DNA of 50,996 bases from a virus. The stretch lies in IMG/VR virus record IMGVR_UViG_3300032030_000120; one strand, given 5' to 3'. Made by a program: the position numbers and the translations under genes. Below, piece by piece: positions 17,270 through 26,747 of this stretch; position 1 is the stretch's first letter; the number at the start of each line of letters is the position of its first letter. The notes under the pieces are model-generated. The model was not told the origin of the DNA. It ran no database searches and saw nothing but the letters and a program-made list of their open reading frames with translations.

Positions 17270-18337
17270 ATGAACGCAAACAGAAGACTTATGAATCTTC
17301 AGCTTTTCGCAGTACCGGATAACATCAATCAGACCGGCGATATCGCTCCGGTCATTTCCATGGACTTTGCAAACAGGATCGGCCAGAACATTGCAACACT
17401 TCAGCGCATCCTCGGCATTGTTAACATGGTACCGATGGCTGCCGGCACTCTGATCAAAATCTACAAAGAGACTGTCACACTCGCAGATCAGGTAGCCGAG
17501 GGTGAGGAAATCAAGCTCTCCAAGGTCAAGAGAGTGCTTGACAGAACAATCGAGCTTGGCCTTGGTAAGTATCTCAAGGAGACAACCGCAGAACTTATCC
17601 AGCAGGTAGGCCGCGACAGAGCTATCAACAGAACAGATGAGCTCCTGATCCGCGAGATTCGCAAGGCTATCAAGAAGACATTCTTCGACACCATCGCAGC
17701 CGGCACGGGCACAGCTCCGGCAGGTTCCACACTCCAGAAGGCACTCGCTAATGTGTGGGGCGCACTTCAGCACAGATATGAGGACATGGACGTCACTCCG
17801 ATCTACTTCGTCAGCTCTGACGATGTAGCTACTTACCTGGGTGATGCAAATGTCTCTACACAGACTCTCTTCGGCTTCACCTACATCGAGAACTTCCTTG
17901 GCATCGGCAGCGCGTTCGTGCATCCGGGTCTCAAGGCAGGTCAGGTCGCAGGTACTGTTGTTGAGAACCTCAACGGCGCATACGTTCCGGCTACGGGCGG
18001 TGACCTTGCAGATGCGTTCGATCTTACAGCTGACGAGAGCGGCCTTGTTGGTGTAACACATCATCCGAAGACCGGCAACGCTTCTATCGACACTCTGATC
18101 TTCTGCTCTGTCGTATTCTATCCGGAATACATCGACGGCGTCATCATCGGCAAGATCGGTGAGGCAGAAGGCGGCGAGTCCGAAGGCGGCGGGACAGAGA
18201 CGACCTACACAGCAGTCGAGAATCCGACAGGCAACCCGGCTGGGCAGGGCTGGTATGAGCTCGTTGAAGGTGAGTATGTCCTGACGGAAGACACGACGGT
18301 CACCAGCGGTAAGACCTACTACGTCGCATCCGTCTGA
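17270..18337 (+). CDS. Major capsid protein
   Basis: 355 aa following the scaffold. N-terminal MNLQLFA propeptide motif. C-terminal Gly/Glu linker plus a short extra domain (YTAVENPTGNPAGQGWYELVEGEYVLTEDTT). Confidence 0.85.
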   Translation: MNANRRLMNLQLFAVPDNINQTGDIAPVISMDFANRIGQNIATLQRILGIVNMVPMAAGTLIKIYKETVTLADQVAEGEEIKLSKVKRVLDRTIELGLGKYLKETTAELIQQVGRDRAINRTDELLIREIRKAIKKTFFDTIAAGTGTAPAGSTLQKALANVWGALQHRYEDMDVTPIYFVSSDDVATYLGDANVSTQTLFGFTYIENFLGIGSAFVHPGLKAGQVAGTVVENLNGAYVPATGGDLADAFDLTADESGLVGVTHHPKTGNASIDTLIFCSVVFYPEYIDGVIIGKIGEAEGGESEGGGTETTYTAVENPTGNPAGQGWYELVEGEYVLTEDTTVTSGKTYYVASV

Positions 18338-18359
18338 TGCAGACTTGATCAATTATCCG

Positions 18360-18388
18360 GCAGAGGGTGGAGCTGTTCCATCCTCTGC
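18360..18388 (+). promoter_or_regulatory. Strong hairpin just downstream of the capsid gene (possible attenuator or RNA-stability element)
   Basis: GCAGAGGGTGGA-gctgt-TCCATCCTCTGC, 12-bp stem with one G:T pair. No T-run follows. Confidence 0.4.
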
Positions 18389-18405
18389 GATATGAGGAGA
18401 TATAC

Positions 18406-18777
18406 ATGTACATTGTAGTTAAGATGTTTGACGACTTGCAGGATACGAAGGTCGTGGGCGGCATCCGGACGTATCACAGATACCATGTCGGTGATGAGTA
18501 TCCGAGAGCAGGATATACTCCGACATCGGAAAGAGTGCAGTCGCTTCTGACGGGTAACAATCCGCTTAAGGTTCCACTCATAGGCATTCTCGAAGAGAAA
18601 CTGCCCGAAGAGGACACGCTGAAAGCCCCTGAGACGGCGGAAGAAGTGAAGGTGGAAGAACAGCCCACCGAAGAGAAGAAAGCGCCTGAGAAGCCCGTCC
18701 GCAAGCAGACAGCACGTAAAACGGCAACGATCAAGACAAGCGCGGCGAAGAAGCGGACGACCAGAAAGAAAGCGTGA
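18406..18777 (+). CDS. Hypothetical head-associated protein with a Lys/Glu/Pro-rich tail
   Basis: GAGGAG RBS before ATG at 18406. C-terminal PEETAEEVKVEEQPTEEKKAPEKPVRKQTARK. Confidence 0.55.
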   Translation: MYIVVKMFDDLQDTKVVGGIRTYHRYHVGDEYPRAGYTPTSERVQSLLTGNNPLKVPLIGILEEKLPEEDTLKAPETAEEVKVEEQPTEEKKAPEKPVRKQTARKTATIKTSAAKKRTTRKKA

Positions 18778-19121
18778 CAGCCATGACACAGCAGGTAATT
18801 GACAGAATCATGCGCCGTATCGACCCGACAGGCGACATCCATGAAGACATCGAATCTCAGATCCGCGACATATGCGAGGATACAGAATCTCAGCTCTGCG
18901 TCATGCTTGACGAGGATGCGGTACCGGAGAAACTCAGCTACATTGTCGTAGCCGTCTCCGTAAAAAGGTACAACCGCATCGGAAGCGAGGGCACATCATC
19001 CCACTCTGTTGAGGGTGAGAGCATGTCCTGGACAGAAGATCCGTTTGCAGAGTACATGAGGGATATCGAAGCATGGAAGAACGCACACAGCGGATACGGG
19101 ATGCATGTCAGGTTTATTTGA
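18774..19121 (+). CDS. Head-tail connector (gp6-like) protein
   Basis: Position and size. The start is uncertain: GTG at 18774 or ATG at 18783. Confidence 0.6.
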   Translation: MTAMTQQVIDRIMRRIDPTGDIHEDIESQIRDICEDTESQLCVMLDEDAVPEKLSYIVVAVSVKRYNRIGSEGTSSHSVEGESMSWTEDPFAEYMRDIEAWKNAHSGYGMHVRFI

Positions 19122-19136
19122 CGAGGTGACGCCATC

Positions 19137-19448
19137 ATGAGATACGACACTCCCATTTACTTCCAGACCGTAACACCGGGCCCGTATGATGAAAGCATTG
19201 GCGATTATGGCGCGCCGGTGATCGCGGAAGAGAGCCGGCTGGCTTCGGTCGTCACAACGGACGAGGACACGATGAAATTGATATACGGCGGTGTGCGTGA
19301 GGGCAGCTTGACCATACACCTGCTGAATGCCTACAAAAAGCCGTTCGACCGGATACGTGTCGGGTCAAAGCTCTACACGGTTGACAGGCGCATTTCCCTG
19401 CGCACAAAGCAGGCGTTTGTCTGCTCCGAGATTCAGAAGAGAGGGTGA
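19137..19448 (+). CDS. Head closure / head-tail adaptor protein
   Basis: About 100 aa in the canonical position between the connector and the gp10-like gene. Confidence 0.6.
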   Translation: MRYDTPIYFQTVTPGPYDESIGDYGAPVIAEESRLASVVTTDEDTMKLIYGGVREGSLTIHLLNAYKKPFDRIRVGSKLYTVDRRISLRTKQAFVCSEIQKRG

Positions 19449-19792
19449 TTGTTATGAGCATGGGCGTGAAACTCGAAGGCTTTGACGAGCTTCAGGCGAA
19501 GCTGAAGAAGAACGTCAAGCTTGAAGATGTGATGGTCGTTGTGCAGTATCACGGATCCGAGATGCAGACAACAGCAAATATTATCTGCCCGAAGGATACA
19601 AGCAATCTTGCCAATTCGATCACTTTGGAGCTCACAGACGGCGGATTCACGGCAGAGGTTGAGCCACACATGAACTATGCAGCGTATGTCGAGTACGGTA
19701 CTCGTTATATGTCAGCGCAACCGTACATGAGACCGGCTTTCATGCAAGAATCAGCAAGATTCAAATCAGACCTTAAAAAGCTCATGAAGTAA
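19445..19792 (+). CDS. HK97 gp10-family tail-head joining protein
   Basis: N-terminal KLEGFDELQAKLKK and NYAAYVEYGT motifs, typical of the gp10 family. Confidence 0.7.
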   Translation: MIVMSMGVKLEGFDELQAKLKKNVKLEDVMVVVQYHGSEMQTTANIICPKDTSNLANSITLELTDGGFTAEVEPHMNYAAYVEYGTRYMSAQPYMRPAFMQESARFKSDLKKLMK

Positions 19793-19803
19793 GGAGTGAG
19801 AAT

Positions 19804-20199
19804 ATGATGGAACCACAACAGGCACTCTTTACGGCAGTGCGCGGAAAGCTCTTAGAATCCTATCCCGATTCCGTGTATGACGGACAGCTCCCGGGAGAGG
19901 ATACGCCTTATCCGTTCATCTATCTCGGAGCTTTCGATCAGTACGACCGCGAAACAAAGTCGGTCATCCTCGGAAATATCCCCGTTACGATCCATGTATG
20001 GCACTCAGACTTTACAAAGCGCGGTACTGTGTCAGCAATGCTCGCGGTTATCAAATCCGTTTTAAGGAGTGCCACAAGCGCAGACTACAGCTTCATGGTG
20101 AGGAGTGTAGTAAGCAGGATCATACCGGATAACACAACATCAACGCCTCTTATGCATGGCATAGTTGAGGCTGTAGTCTATTTTTCACCAAAACATTGA
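19804..20199 (+). CDS. Tail completion/terminator-like protein (DUF3168-like)
   Basis: VYDGQLPGEDTPYPFIYLG signature. Lies directly upstream of the tail tube gene. Confidence 0.6.
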   Translation: MMEPQQALFTAVRGKLLESYPDSVYDGQLPGEDTPYPFIYLGAFDQYDRETKSVILGNIPVTIHVWHSDFTKRGTVSAMLAVIKSVLRSATSADYSFMVRSVVSRIIPDNTTSTPLMHGIVEAVVYFSPKH

Positions 20200-20223
20200 A
20201 CTAAAAACTCAGGAGGTATAAAA

Positions 20224-20772
20224 ATGCGCAAAAAAATGAACCTTCAGCTTTTTGCAGATGCGGCTGAGGCAGTGCAGGGCAAACAGATCGTGTATCTGTT
20301 CCGCGTTTTCGAAGATGCGGCTACTGATGCCGGTACGGTTCTTGCCTTCACAACCGAAAACGAGAACAGCGCATCCGCGGACAGTGACAGCACGGTTACA
20401 AAGGACGGAGTTATCCAGAAGCCGGGCGCAGTTACCGTGGAGATCACAGGAACGGCTATCGTTCTCAAGGGAGATGAGACTCTGGGCGAGAAGCTCCGCA
20501 ACGCGATGCTCCACAACAAGCTTGTCGAGTGCTGGGAAGCAGATCTTTCCAACCCGCGCACAGGCACAAATAAATTCGCCGGCACGTACTATCAGGGCAT
20601 CCTGACGGAGTGGACGAAAACGTCCAACGCTGAGGACTTTGCCGAGTACAGCTACACCTATGCGGCTAACGGCATCGGTGCTCCGGACGGCGGCGCCGGC
20701 GTCACTGTCACCACGGCCCAGCAGGTCGTAGCGTCCTATGTTTATACAGACACGACAAAGACCGGCGTGTGA
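20224..20772 (+). CDS. Major tail (tube) protein
   Basis: 182 aa upstream of the chaperone/tape-measure genes. The N-terminus MRKKMNLQLFADAAE carries the same motif as the capsid and scaffold proteins. Confidence 0.8.
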   Translation: MRKKMNLQLFADAAEAVQGKQIVYLFRVFEDAATDAGTVLAFTTENENSASADSDSTVTKDGVIQKPGAVTVEITGTAIVLKGDETLGEKLRNAMLHNKLVECWEADLSNPRTGTNKFAGTYYQGILTEWTKTSNAEDFAEYSYTYAANGIGAPDGGAGVTVTTAQQVVASYVYTDTTKTGV

Positions 20773-20787
20773 TATGGACACACAGAA

Positions 20788-20828
20788 AACCAGCAGGGCA
20801 TAACGAATGAGCCTGCTGGTTTATTTTT
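20788..20828 (+). terminator. Intrinsic terminator after the tail tube gene
   Basis: AACCAGCAGG...CCTGCTGGTT stem followed by TATTTTT. Confidence 0.65.
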
Positions 20829-20872
20829 GTATAAGGCAATTTCTCAAAAGGCAGAGAAAGGAGATTGAAACA

Positions 20873-21295
20873 ATGGCTAATACTATGGAACTCGAAATCA
20901 ATGGAGAAGTGTACGCATTCAAGGCAGGCTTTGCTTTCATCCGCGAGGCTGAACCTCTTAAGAAGCAGAAACAGAACGGGACAGAGCAGAACGTAGGTCT
21001 CAACTTTATCCTTGGATCACTCTATGACGGAGACGTGGACGTGCTCCTGACGACGCTCGATCTGATGAACAAGGGGCAGACCCCGCGAGTCACTAAGGCG
21101 GATCTGGAATCCTATATCGAAGACTGTGGCGATATCGAGAACCTGTTCAAGGACATTCTGGATTTTTTACAGTCTGCAAACTGTACGAGGACGAAGGCGA
21201 GAAGATTCCTTCAGATGGTACAGGAGATGGAAAAGAGGCAGAAGCAGGAGGCTCTGAAGAACAGTCCTGGGGAGAATTCTACAGACAATGCCTGA
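20873..21295 (+). CDS. Tail assembly chaperone (gpG-like)
   Basis: AAAGGAG RBS. About 140 aa in the canonical position before the tape measure gene. Confidence 0.75.
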   Translation: MANTMELEINGEVYAFKAGFAFIREAEPLKKQKQNGTEQNVGLNFILGSLYDGDVDVLLTTLDLMNKGQTPRVTKADLESYIEDCGDIENLFKDILDFLQSANCTRTKARRFLQMVQEMEKRQKQEALKNSPGENSTDNA

Positions 21296-21618
21296 TCTCA
21301 TGCGTGCGCTACCTTGACTATACGATAGAGGAGTTTGAGAAGATAGACATACCTGATTACATGATGCTGATGGAAGCCGTGCAGTACAGAGAGACAGATA
21401 AGGCTTTCTGGACGCATTTCCTTGCATGGCAAACGATGCGTGCGAATGGCAAGAAGAAATCGGGCAAGGGATACAAGACAGCGTATCCGAAATTCAAGCT
21501 CTTCTGGAACGAAGAGGCGGCGATGAAGAACATTGAGAAGAATAAGAAAAAGCCTGACAGCCGCTTCGAGGGTCTTGGTGGATTCTTAAAGCGGAAGGGA
21601 GGCGGAGCAAATGGCTGA
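20873..21618 (+). CDS. Tail assembly chaperone frameshift fusion (gpGT-like), joined by a -1 shift at 21169
   Basis: The -1 frame ORF (annotated from GTG 21304) has no RBS of its own. It extends upstream over the slippery site and ends overlapping the tape-measure start. Confidence 0.55.
21163..21169 (+). promoter_or_regulatory. -1 programmed ribosomal frameshift slippery heptamer T_TTT_TTA
   Basis: The zero frame reads GAT TTT TTA CAG (DFLQ). The -1 frame is open from 21097 to 21618. Confidence 0.6.
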
Positions 21619-24600
21619 AAGCATGAGCTTGAAAGCGATTCTGTCAGCTGACGGGTCGCAGATGTCGTCGACCTTCAATCAGATATCTTCGCAAGTCGGT
21701 GGACTCAAGAAGACACTCATGGGCGGCATCGGTTTCGGTGTCATGTCCGCCATCGGAGGCAAGGCGGTAGACCTTGTCTCCTCCGGGGTCAAGGCTATGG
21801 CAGGAACTGTCATGGATTCCGGTATGTCCTTCGAGGCTGCGGGAAGCCAGATAGCCGCCACGATGGGCAAGTCAAAGGGCGAGATAGGCGACATCATAAG
21901 CGAGGCAGAGCGCCTCGGCAAGACAACGGCGTTCACGGCGACACAGGCCGCGGAAGGCTTCAATGTCTTGGCTATGTCCGGTCTTGATGCACAACAGCAG
22001 ATAGCTGCCATGGCTCCCATCTTAGACCTTGCGGCAGCGGGATCCTACAGTCTGGACAGTGCGGCATCTCAGGTCGTTGGAACGGTTAAGGGCTTCGGTG
22101 ATTCGTTCGACAATGCTCAGAAGTATGCTGATATGTTCGCGAAGGGCGCGACGTTGGCATCTACCGACGTCAATATGCTCGGTACTGCGATGTCGGATAG
22201 CGCGGCTCTGGCGGCAAGCTACGGGCAGGAAGCGGACAGAACATGTATCGCTCTCCTGAGACTGGCAGAGCAGAACGTCACCGGTTCTGAAGCAGCGACT
22301 GCTATGAGCCGTGCGATGGCTGACCTCTATACGCCTACGGATGCGGCAGCTGACAAGCTCAAGGAACTCGGCGTCAACGTCTACGACAGCAAGGGCAAAG
22401 CGCGAGACTTCAACACGGTTGTCGATGAGCTGAATACCGCTATGTCCGGCATGACGGATGAAGAGCGGAAGGCGGCAGAAGCTACGATCTTCACAAGCTA
22501 CGGCATGAAGGCCTTCGACAAGATGTGCGTATCCACAACTGATACGGTGCATAAGTTCGAGGAAGGACTCCGGTCGGCGACAGGATCCGCGGCACAGCAG
22601 GCATCTGAACAGCTCAACAACCTTAAGGGTGATGTAACGATCTTCGGCAGTGCTATGGAAGGTCTCGGCGTCACCATCTTCAATAAACTCTCTCCGAGTT
22701 TCCGAGGAATTGTCCGGTCCGCAACAGAGATGGTCTCCGGTATCAACGATAGTCTCGAAAAAGGCAAGCTCGGAGAATTCGTAACAAACGCAAGTAAGTA
22801 CTTCAGCATCTTCATGCGGTACGCAAAGCAAGTAGGCTCTGCATTCGGACAGGCGTTCTCGGCAGTCGGACAGGCACTCGGCAAGATGAACGGGCAGTTC
22901 GGTTCGCTTAGCAGCCTCACAAGCTTTGCGGATGTTTGCAGTGTGGTATCCGGTGCGCTTATATCCCTTGCAGGATTCATCGAGGCCCATGCAGACACGA
23001 TAGCAAGGATTATCACTCTGTTGCCGAAGGTGGCCGCGGCATTCGCGGCACTTAAGGTCGCCGGATTTGTCGCCGGCCTTGTAATGACCATCGGCGGCGC
23101 GTTCATGAAGCTGAGTACGGCTATTGCAGGCGGTATCGGCAATCATTTGGCATCTACGGCAAGCGGAATGTCGGAAGCAGGTTCGGCGGCAATACAGACA
23201 ACGGGTCCGATGCTTGCGGCGGCTAAGTCCTTCATGATGATTGGTGCAGGACTCTTACTCACAGCGGCGGCGTTCGCTCTCCTGGCACAGTCTGCTATTG
23301 CTCTCGCAGGAGCAGGCGGTCCGGCTATCGCGGTCATGGCAGGATTGGTGGTCGGAGTTGCAGCATTGTCTCTCGGCATGATGGCGCTGGTGACACACGC
23401 GGCGGCCACGGCGGCACAAATGAACGCGGCCGGTACAGCTTTCCTTATGATCGGGGCGGCAGTTCTTTTAGTAGCGGCTGGCTTCGCAATTATGGCGGCG
23501 GCAGCAATCGCATTAACTAATGCAGGTGCGCCTGCAATCGCCATGTTTGCGGCTATGGTGGTCGTTATGGCCGCTTTAGCGGTCGGTGCGGCATTATTAG
23601 CCCCAGCTCTAACGGCGGGCGCTGTGGGCCTTGTGGCGTTCGGAGCGGCCGTTCTGCTGGTGTCCGTGGGCGCGCTTCTTGCGGCGGCAGCGGTGGCGGT
23701 ACTTTCATCGGCGTTGCCTAATCTTGCTACATACGGCATGACGGGCGCAGCGGCACTCATCGCGCTGGGCGCGGCCATGCTCGTTGCGGGTGCTGGAGCG
23801 CTCGTCGCAGGCGCCGGTGCGGTAGTCCTCGGAGCAGGTCTCGTGGTCGCAGGAGCAGGTGCGGTAGTAGCGGCGGCTGGCGTGCTTGCGCTCGGTGTGG
23901 CGGTTATGGCGCTCGGGGCAGGCGTGCTTGTCTGCGCGGCTGGTGTCACGCTGATGGGCGCGGGGCTTATGCTCATCGGCGCCAATGCCATGACGGTCAC
24001 GGCAGGATTTACGGCCTTGACAGCCGGTACACTGGCTCTGTCAGCTGGTATCATCGCACTCACGGCATCGCTCACAGCGTTCAGTGCAATTATGATCGCG
24101 GCAGTCGCCGGACTTGTGGGAGCAACAGCAGGCTTTGTGGCATTCGCGGCGGCGGTCACGGCATCGTCAGTCGGAATGGCGGCGCTTGCCGTATCTGCGG
24201 CGGCTGTACTTGCATCAGTGTCCGGTATTGCATCTAAGGCATCGAGCGCGGCATCATCGCTCTCTCAGATGGAGACATCTATAAGCGTTGTAGAAAGCGG
24301 TATGACAGCCTTAACGGCTACGGTCACGGCTACGATGGCATCGGTCACGGCAACGGTGAAAAAGGGCAGTACAGACGTTGTATCAGCCACAAAGACGGGA
24401 GTTACCAGAGTCACAGCGGCACTTACCTCGGGCGGAGCAAGGTCCAGAGCAATCGTTACGGCAACGGTGGCAATGATCATAGCCACCATGAATCGCGGAG
24501 CGGCACAGGCAGGAGTTGCCGGTCAGCAGACAGGTCAGAACTACGCGAATGGCGTATCAGCGGCGGCTGGTTCAGCTGCTGCGGCAGGTGCATCCCTTGT

Positions 24601-25093
24601 CAGTGCGGCAACCGGGGCAATGCAGGGCGGCTATGGTTCAGCGTACTCGGCAGGATCGTATATCGGTCAAGGTCTGGCGGCAGGTCTCGCTTCACAGGCC
24701 GGAGCGGTTGCATCGCAGGCGGCGGCTTTAGCTGCGGCAGCTAATGCAGCGATTCAGGCAAAAGCCAAAATCGGATCACCGTCTAAAGTACAAATCAAAA
24801 ATGGACAGTGGACCGGTGAGGGCTATGCCATAGGTCTCCAGAAGTCGATGGGCATGGTCAAGACGCAGGCGCGGAAGATAGCGGCTATCCCGTCCAACAT
24901 CCTTCGGAAATCCCAGGCGGATATAAAGGACTTCGGTGTGGATGCCAGACTTGATGAATCTTTGAGCTACACGAGAGACCAGACAATCATTGTCAAGACC
25001 TACATCGATAAGCGTGAGATCGGACGTGCTGCGGCAGAGACGAGCGGCGACATAAACAGAAACGAAAAACGCAGAAGAGGAATAGGAGCATAG
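21611..25093 (+). CDS. Tail tape measure protein
   Basis: 1160 aa after the G/GT genes. Long Ala/Gly/Val/Leu-rich hydrophobic core (about 23.0-24.2 kb). Confidence 0.9.
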   Translation: MAESMSLKAILSADGSQMSSTFNQISSQVGGLKKTLMGGIGFGVMSAIGGKAVDLVSSGVKAMAGTVMDSGMSFEAAGSQIAATMGKSKGEIGDIISEAERLGKTTAFTATQAAEGFNVLAMSGLDAQQQIAAMAPILDLAAAGSYSLDSAASQVVGTVKGFGDSFDNAQKYADMFAKGATLASTDVNMLGTAMSDSAALAASYGQEADRTCIALLRLAEQNVTGSEAATAMSRAMADLYTPTDAAADKLKELGVNVYDSKGKARDFNTVVDELNTAMSGMTDEERKAAEATIFTSYGMKAFDKMCVSTTDTVHKFEEGLRSATGSAAQQASEQLNNLKGDVTIFGSAMEGLGVTIFNKLSPSFRGIVRSATEMVSGINDSLEKGKLGEFVTNASKYFSIFMRYAKQVGSAFGQAFSAVGQALGKMNGQFGSLSSLTSFADVCSVVSGALISLAGFIEAHADTIARIITLLPKVAAAFAALKVAGFVAGLVMTIGGAFMKLSTAIAGGIGNHLASTASGMSEAGSAAIQTTGPMLAAAKSFMMIGAGLLLTAAAFALLAQSAIALAGAGGPAIAVMAGLVVGVAALSLGMMALVTHAAATAAQMNAAGTAFLMIGAAVLLVAAGFAIMAAAAIALTNAGAPAIAMFAAMVVVMAALAVGAALLAPALTAGAVGLVAFGAAVLLVSVGALLAAAAVAVLSSALPNLATYGMTGAAALIALGAAMLVAGAGALVAGAGAVVLGAGLVVAGAGAVVAAAGVLALGVAVMALGAGVLVCAAGVTLMGAGLMLIGANAMTVTAGFTALTAGTLALSAGIIALTASLTAFSAIMIAAVAGLVGATAGFVAFAAAVTASSVGMAALAVSAAAVLASVSGIASKASSAASSLSQMETSISVVESGMTALTATVTATMASVTATVKKGSTDVVSATKTGVTRVTAALTSGGARSRAIVTATVAMIIATMNRGAAQAGVAGQQTGQNYANGVSAAAGSAAAAGASLVSAATGAMQGGYGSAYSAGSYIGQGLAAGLASQAGAVASQAAALAAAANAAIQAKAKIGSPSKVQIKNGQWTGEGYAIGLQKSMGMVKTQARKIAAIPSNILRKSQADIKDFGVDARLDESLSYTRDQTIIVKTYIDKREIGRAAAETSGDINRNEKRRRGIGA

Positions 25094-25094
25094 A

Positions 25095-26747
25095 ATGTAT
25101 AAATTTCACGATACAACAGAACTCTTAAAGCCTCTTGACGAGCTCCCGTCTGAAGCCTTGTGCTTCAACGGGAGCTTCATCGAGAAAATGGTACCCGGGT
25201 ACAGGACACTGTACACATCGGGACGCGAGGGGAACGAAAGGGAAGTATCTCAGACAGAGTCCTCAGACCGTGACGGAGCGCGTTTTCGCTCCGTCAGGCG
25301 GAAGCCGAGAGAGATCCATGTGGGCTTCCAGATGAATACCAAAAACGCAAGGGACTACGCTTATAAGTTCAATGCTCTCAAGAAGCTCCTAAAGGAAGAA
25401 GAAGCGGAGCTGATATTCAATGATGAGCCGGATAAGTTCTTTCGTGGCACGCTGACAAATATCGAAATGGAGGATACCGGAGATCTCTTTGTAACGGGCG
25501 AGCTTGTCTTCGTCTGCTCGGATCCGTACAAGTATGCGGTGGATGAGCACAGCATCACCGTTCCGGCAGACGGCGGACGGGCAACTATCGAGCTTGATTA
25601 TAGAGGCACAGTGGATGCTTATCCGATTCTCCGGACGACAACGAGGGCAGAGACAGAGTCTTTGCTCTTTTCCGACGATGCAGGAAACATGATTGCCATC
25701 GGCACGCCTGATGCAAACAATGCAGGCTTGGCAAGAGGCACGAGAAACCTCATCGTTAATGCAAATTCCTTCCTCAACACGGGAATCTATCCGGATACGG
25801 TGACAAGATATGCGGAGGAATACTACCGCATGACTCCGGTGCGCGTGAATGACGGGACGCAGGAAGTGGTCACCATTAACGGCACTCGTTACTTAACGAT
25901 GGCACGAGTCATTCCGAGCGATCAGATCACAGAAGACGAGGAAGAGACCGAGGAAGAGGAGGAAATCGTTGATCCTACGATAGATACTTCCGAAGTGACA
26001 GGCGTGACGCTTTACAAAGCAATCACGCAGACGACAATGCGTAACTACGTTGTCACAGCACAGCCGTTGTTTTACACGGACGATCTTCGTGAGGTCGGAT
26101 ATTTCCACTTTGGTCTTATCTCGGAAATCGTGGAGCAGAGCGACACGCTGACAGCGGAAATCGAAGAAGCGGAAATCATTCTGGAGAAGACGGGTGTCGG
26201 TTCAGCGTATGCCACAGCGGTTATGTGCGTCTATGGCGTGGAAGCCAAGAAAGTGCGCGTGAGGGTCGGCAAAGATAATCCGATCAGCGGTATCAATGGC
26301 ATAGGCATCGGCATTACACGATTCGGCGATATCTACACCTTCACACTCGGCGAAGAGACCTACGAGATCGATGCATCAGCTTACACATCCATCATGCAGG
26401 GGACTAATCCTAAGTACGTATGTGTCTCTCTGGCCAGAGTCAAAGGTCAGCAGCAGATGTCCGGTCTCGGCATATCTCTCGCGCAGAGCATAGCAACAGG
26501 CAGGACATCGCAGGACGAGCTGGCCAACGTCATGCGTGCATCGGAAAGTATCGTAATTGACTGCTCGACCGGAGAAATCAGGTCGAACGGAAGACCCAAC
26601 CCCGCACTCGGAAGCATCGACAACAACTGGATGGAGTTCTCACTGAAGCCGGGATTCAACCGGATTGAATGCAGTGCAGTCACGACAGATGATATGGGAG
26701 CAAAACCCACATCATACACGATGTCTTACCGGGAGGTATGGGAATGA
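25095..26747 (+). CDS. Distal tail protein (Dit), enlarged form
   Basis: Directly follows the tape measure gene. 550 aa with an internal insertion including a poly-Glu tract. Confidence 0.7.
   Translation: MYKFHDTTELLKPLDELPSEALCFNGSFIEKMVPGYRTLYTSGREGNEREVSQTESSDRDGARFRSVRRKPREIHVGFQMNTKNARDYAYKFNALKKLLKEEEAELIFNDEPDKFFRGTLTNIEMEDTGDLFVTGELVFVCSDPYKYAVDEHSITVPADGGRATIELDYRGTVDAYPILRTTTRAETESLLFSDDAGNMIAIGTPDANNAGLARGTRNLIVNANSFLNTGIYPDTVTRYAEEYYRMTPVRVNDGTQEVVTINGTRYLTMARVIPSDQITEDEEETEEEEEIVDPTIDTSEVTGVTLYKAITQTTMRNYVVTAQPLFYTDDLREVGYFHFGLISEIVEQSDTLTAEIEEAEIILEKTGVGSAYATAVMCVYGVEAKKVRVRVGKDNPISGINGIGIGITRFGDIYTFTLGEETYEIDASAYTSIMQGTNPKYVCVSLARVKGQQQMSGLGISLAQSIATGRTSQDELANVMRASESIVIDCSTGEIRSNGRPNPALGSIDNNWMEFSLKPGFNRIECSAVTTDDMGAKPTSYTMSYREVWE

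Noticed and set aside
13591-18352. Long minus-strand ORFs antisense to the MuF, scaffold and capsid genes (303 aa, 206 aa, 262 aa, 369 aa)
   Set aside because: The sense-strand ORFs carry clear family motifs (MuF, Prp site, scaffold). The antisense products are Cys/Leu/Arg-rich with no motifs or ribosome-binding sites.
23700-24150. Low-complexity AGAGALVAGAGAVV-type repeats in the tape measure protein, considered as a separate feature (collagen- or silk-like insert)
   Set aside because: They are in frame and continuous with the tape measure ORF. Hydrophobic Ala/Gly-rich cores are common in Firmicutes phage tape measure proteins, so there is no evidence for an independent element.
22022-24159. 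Long antisense ORFs (374 aa, 214 aa, 338 aa) on the minus strand inside the tape measure gene
   Set aside because: They mirror the GC-rich Ala/Gly codon repeats of the sense-strand tape measure protein. They give low-complexity Ala/Pro/Thr products, have no RBS and interrupt an otherwise uniform + strand operon. These are compositional artefacts.
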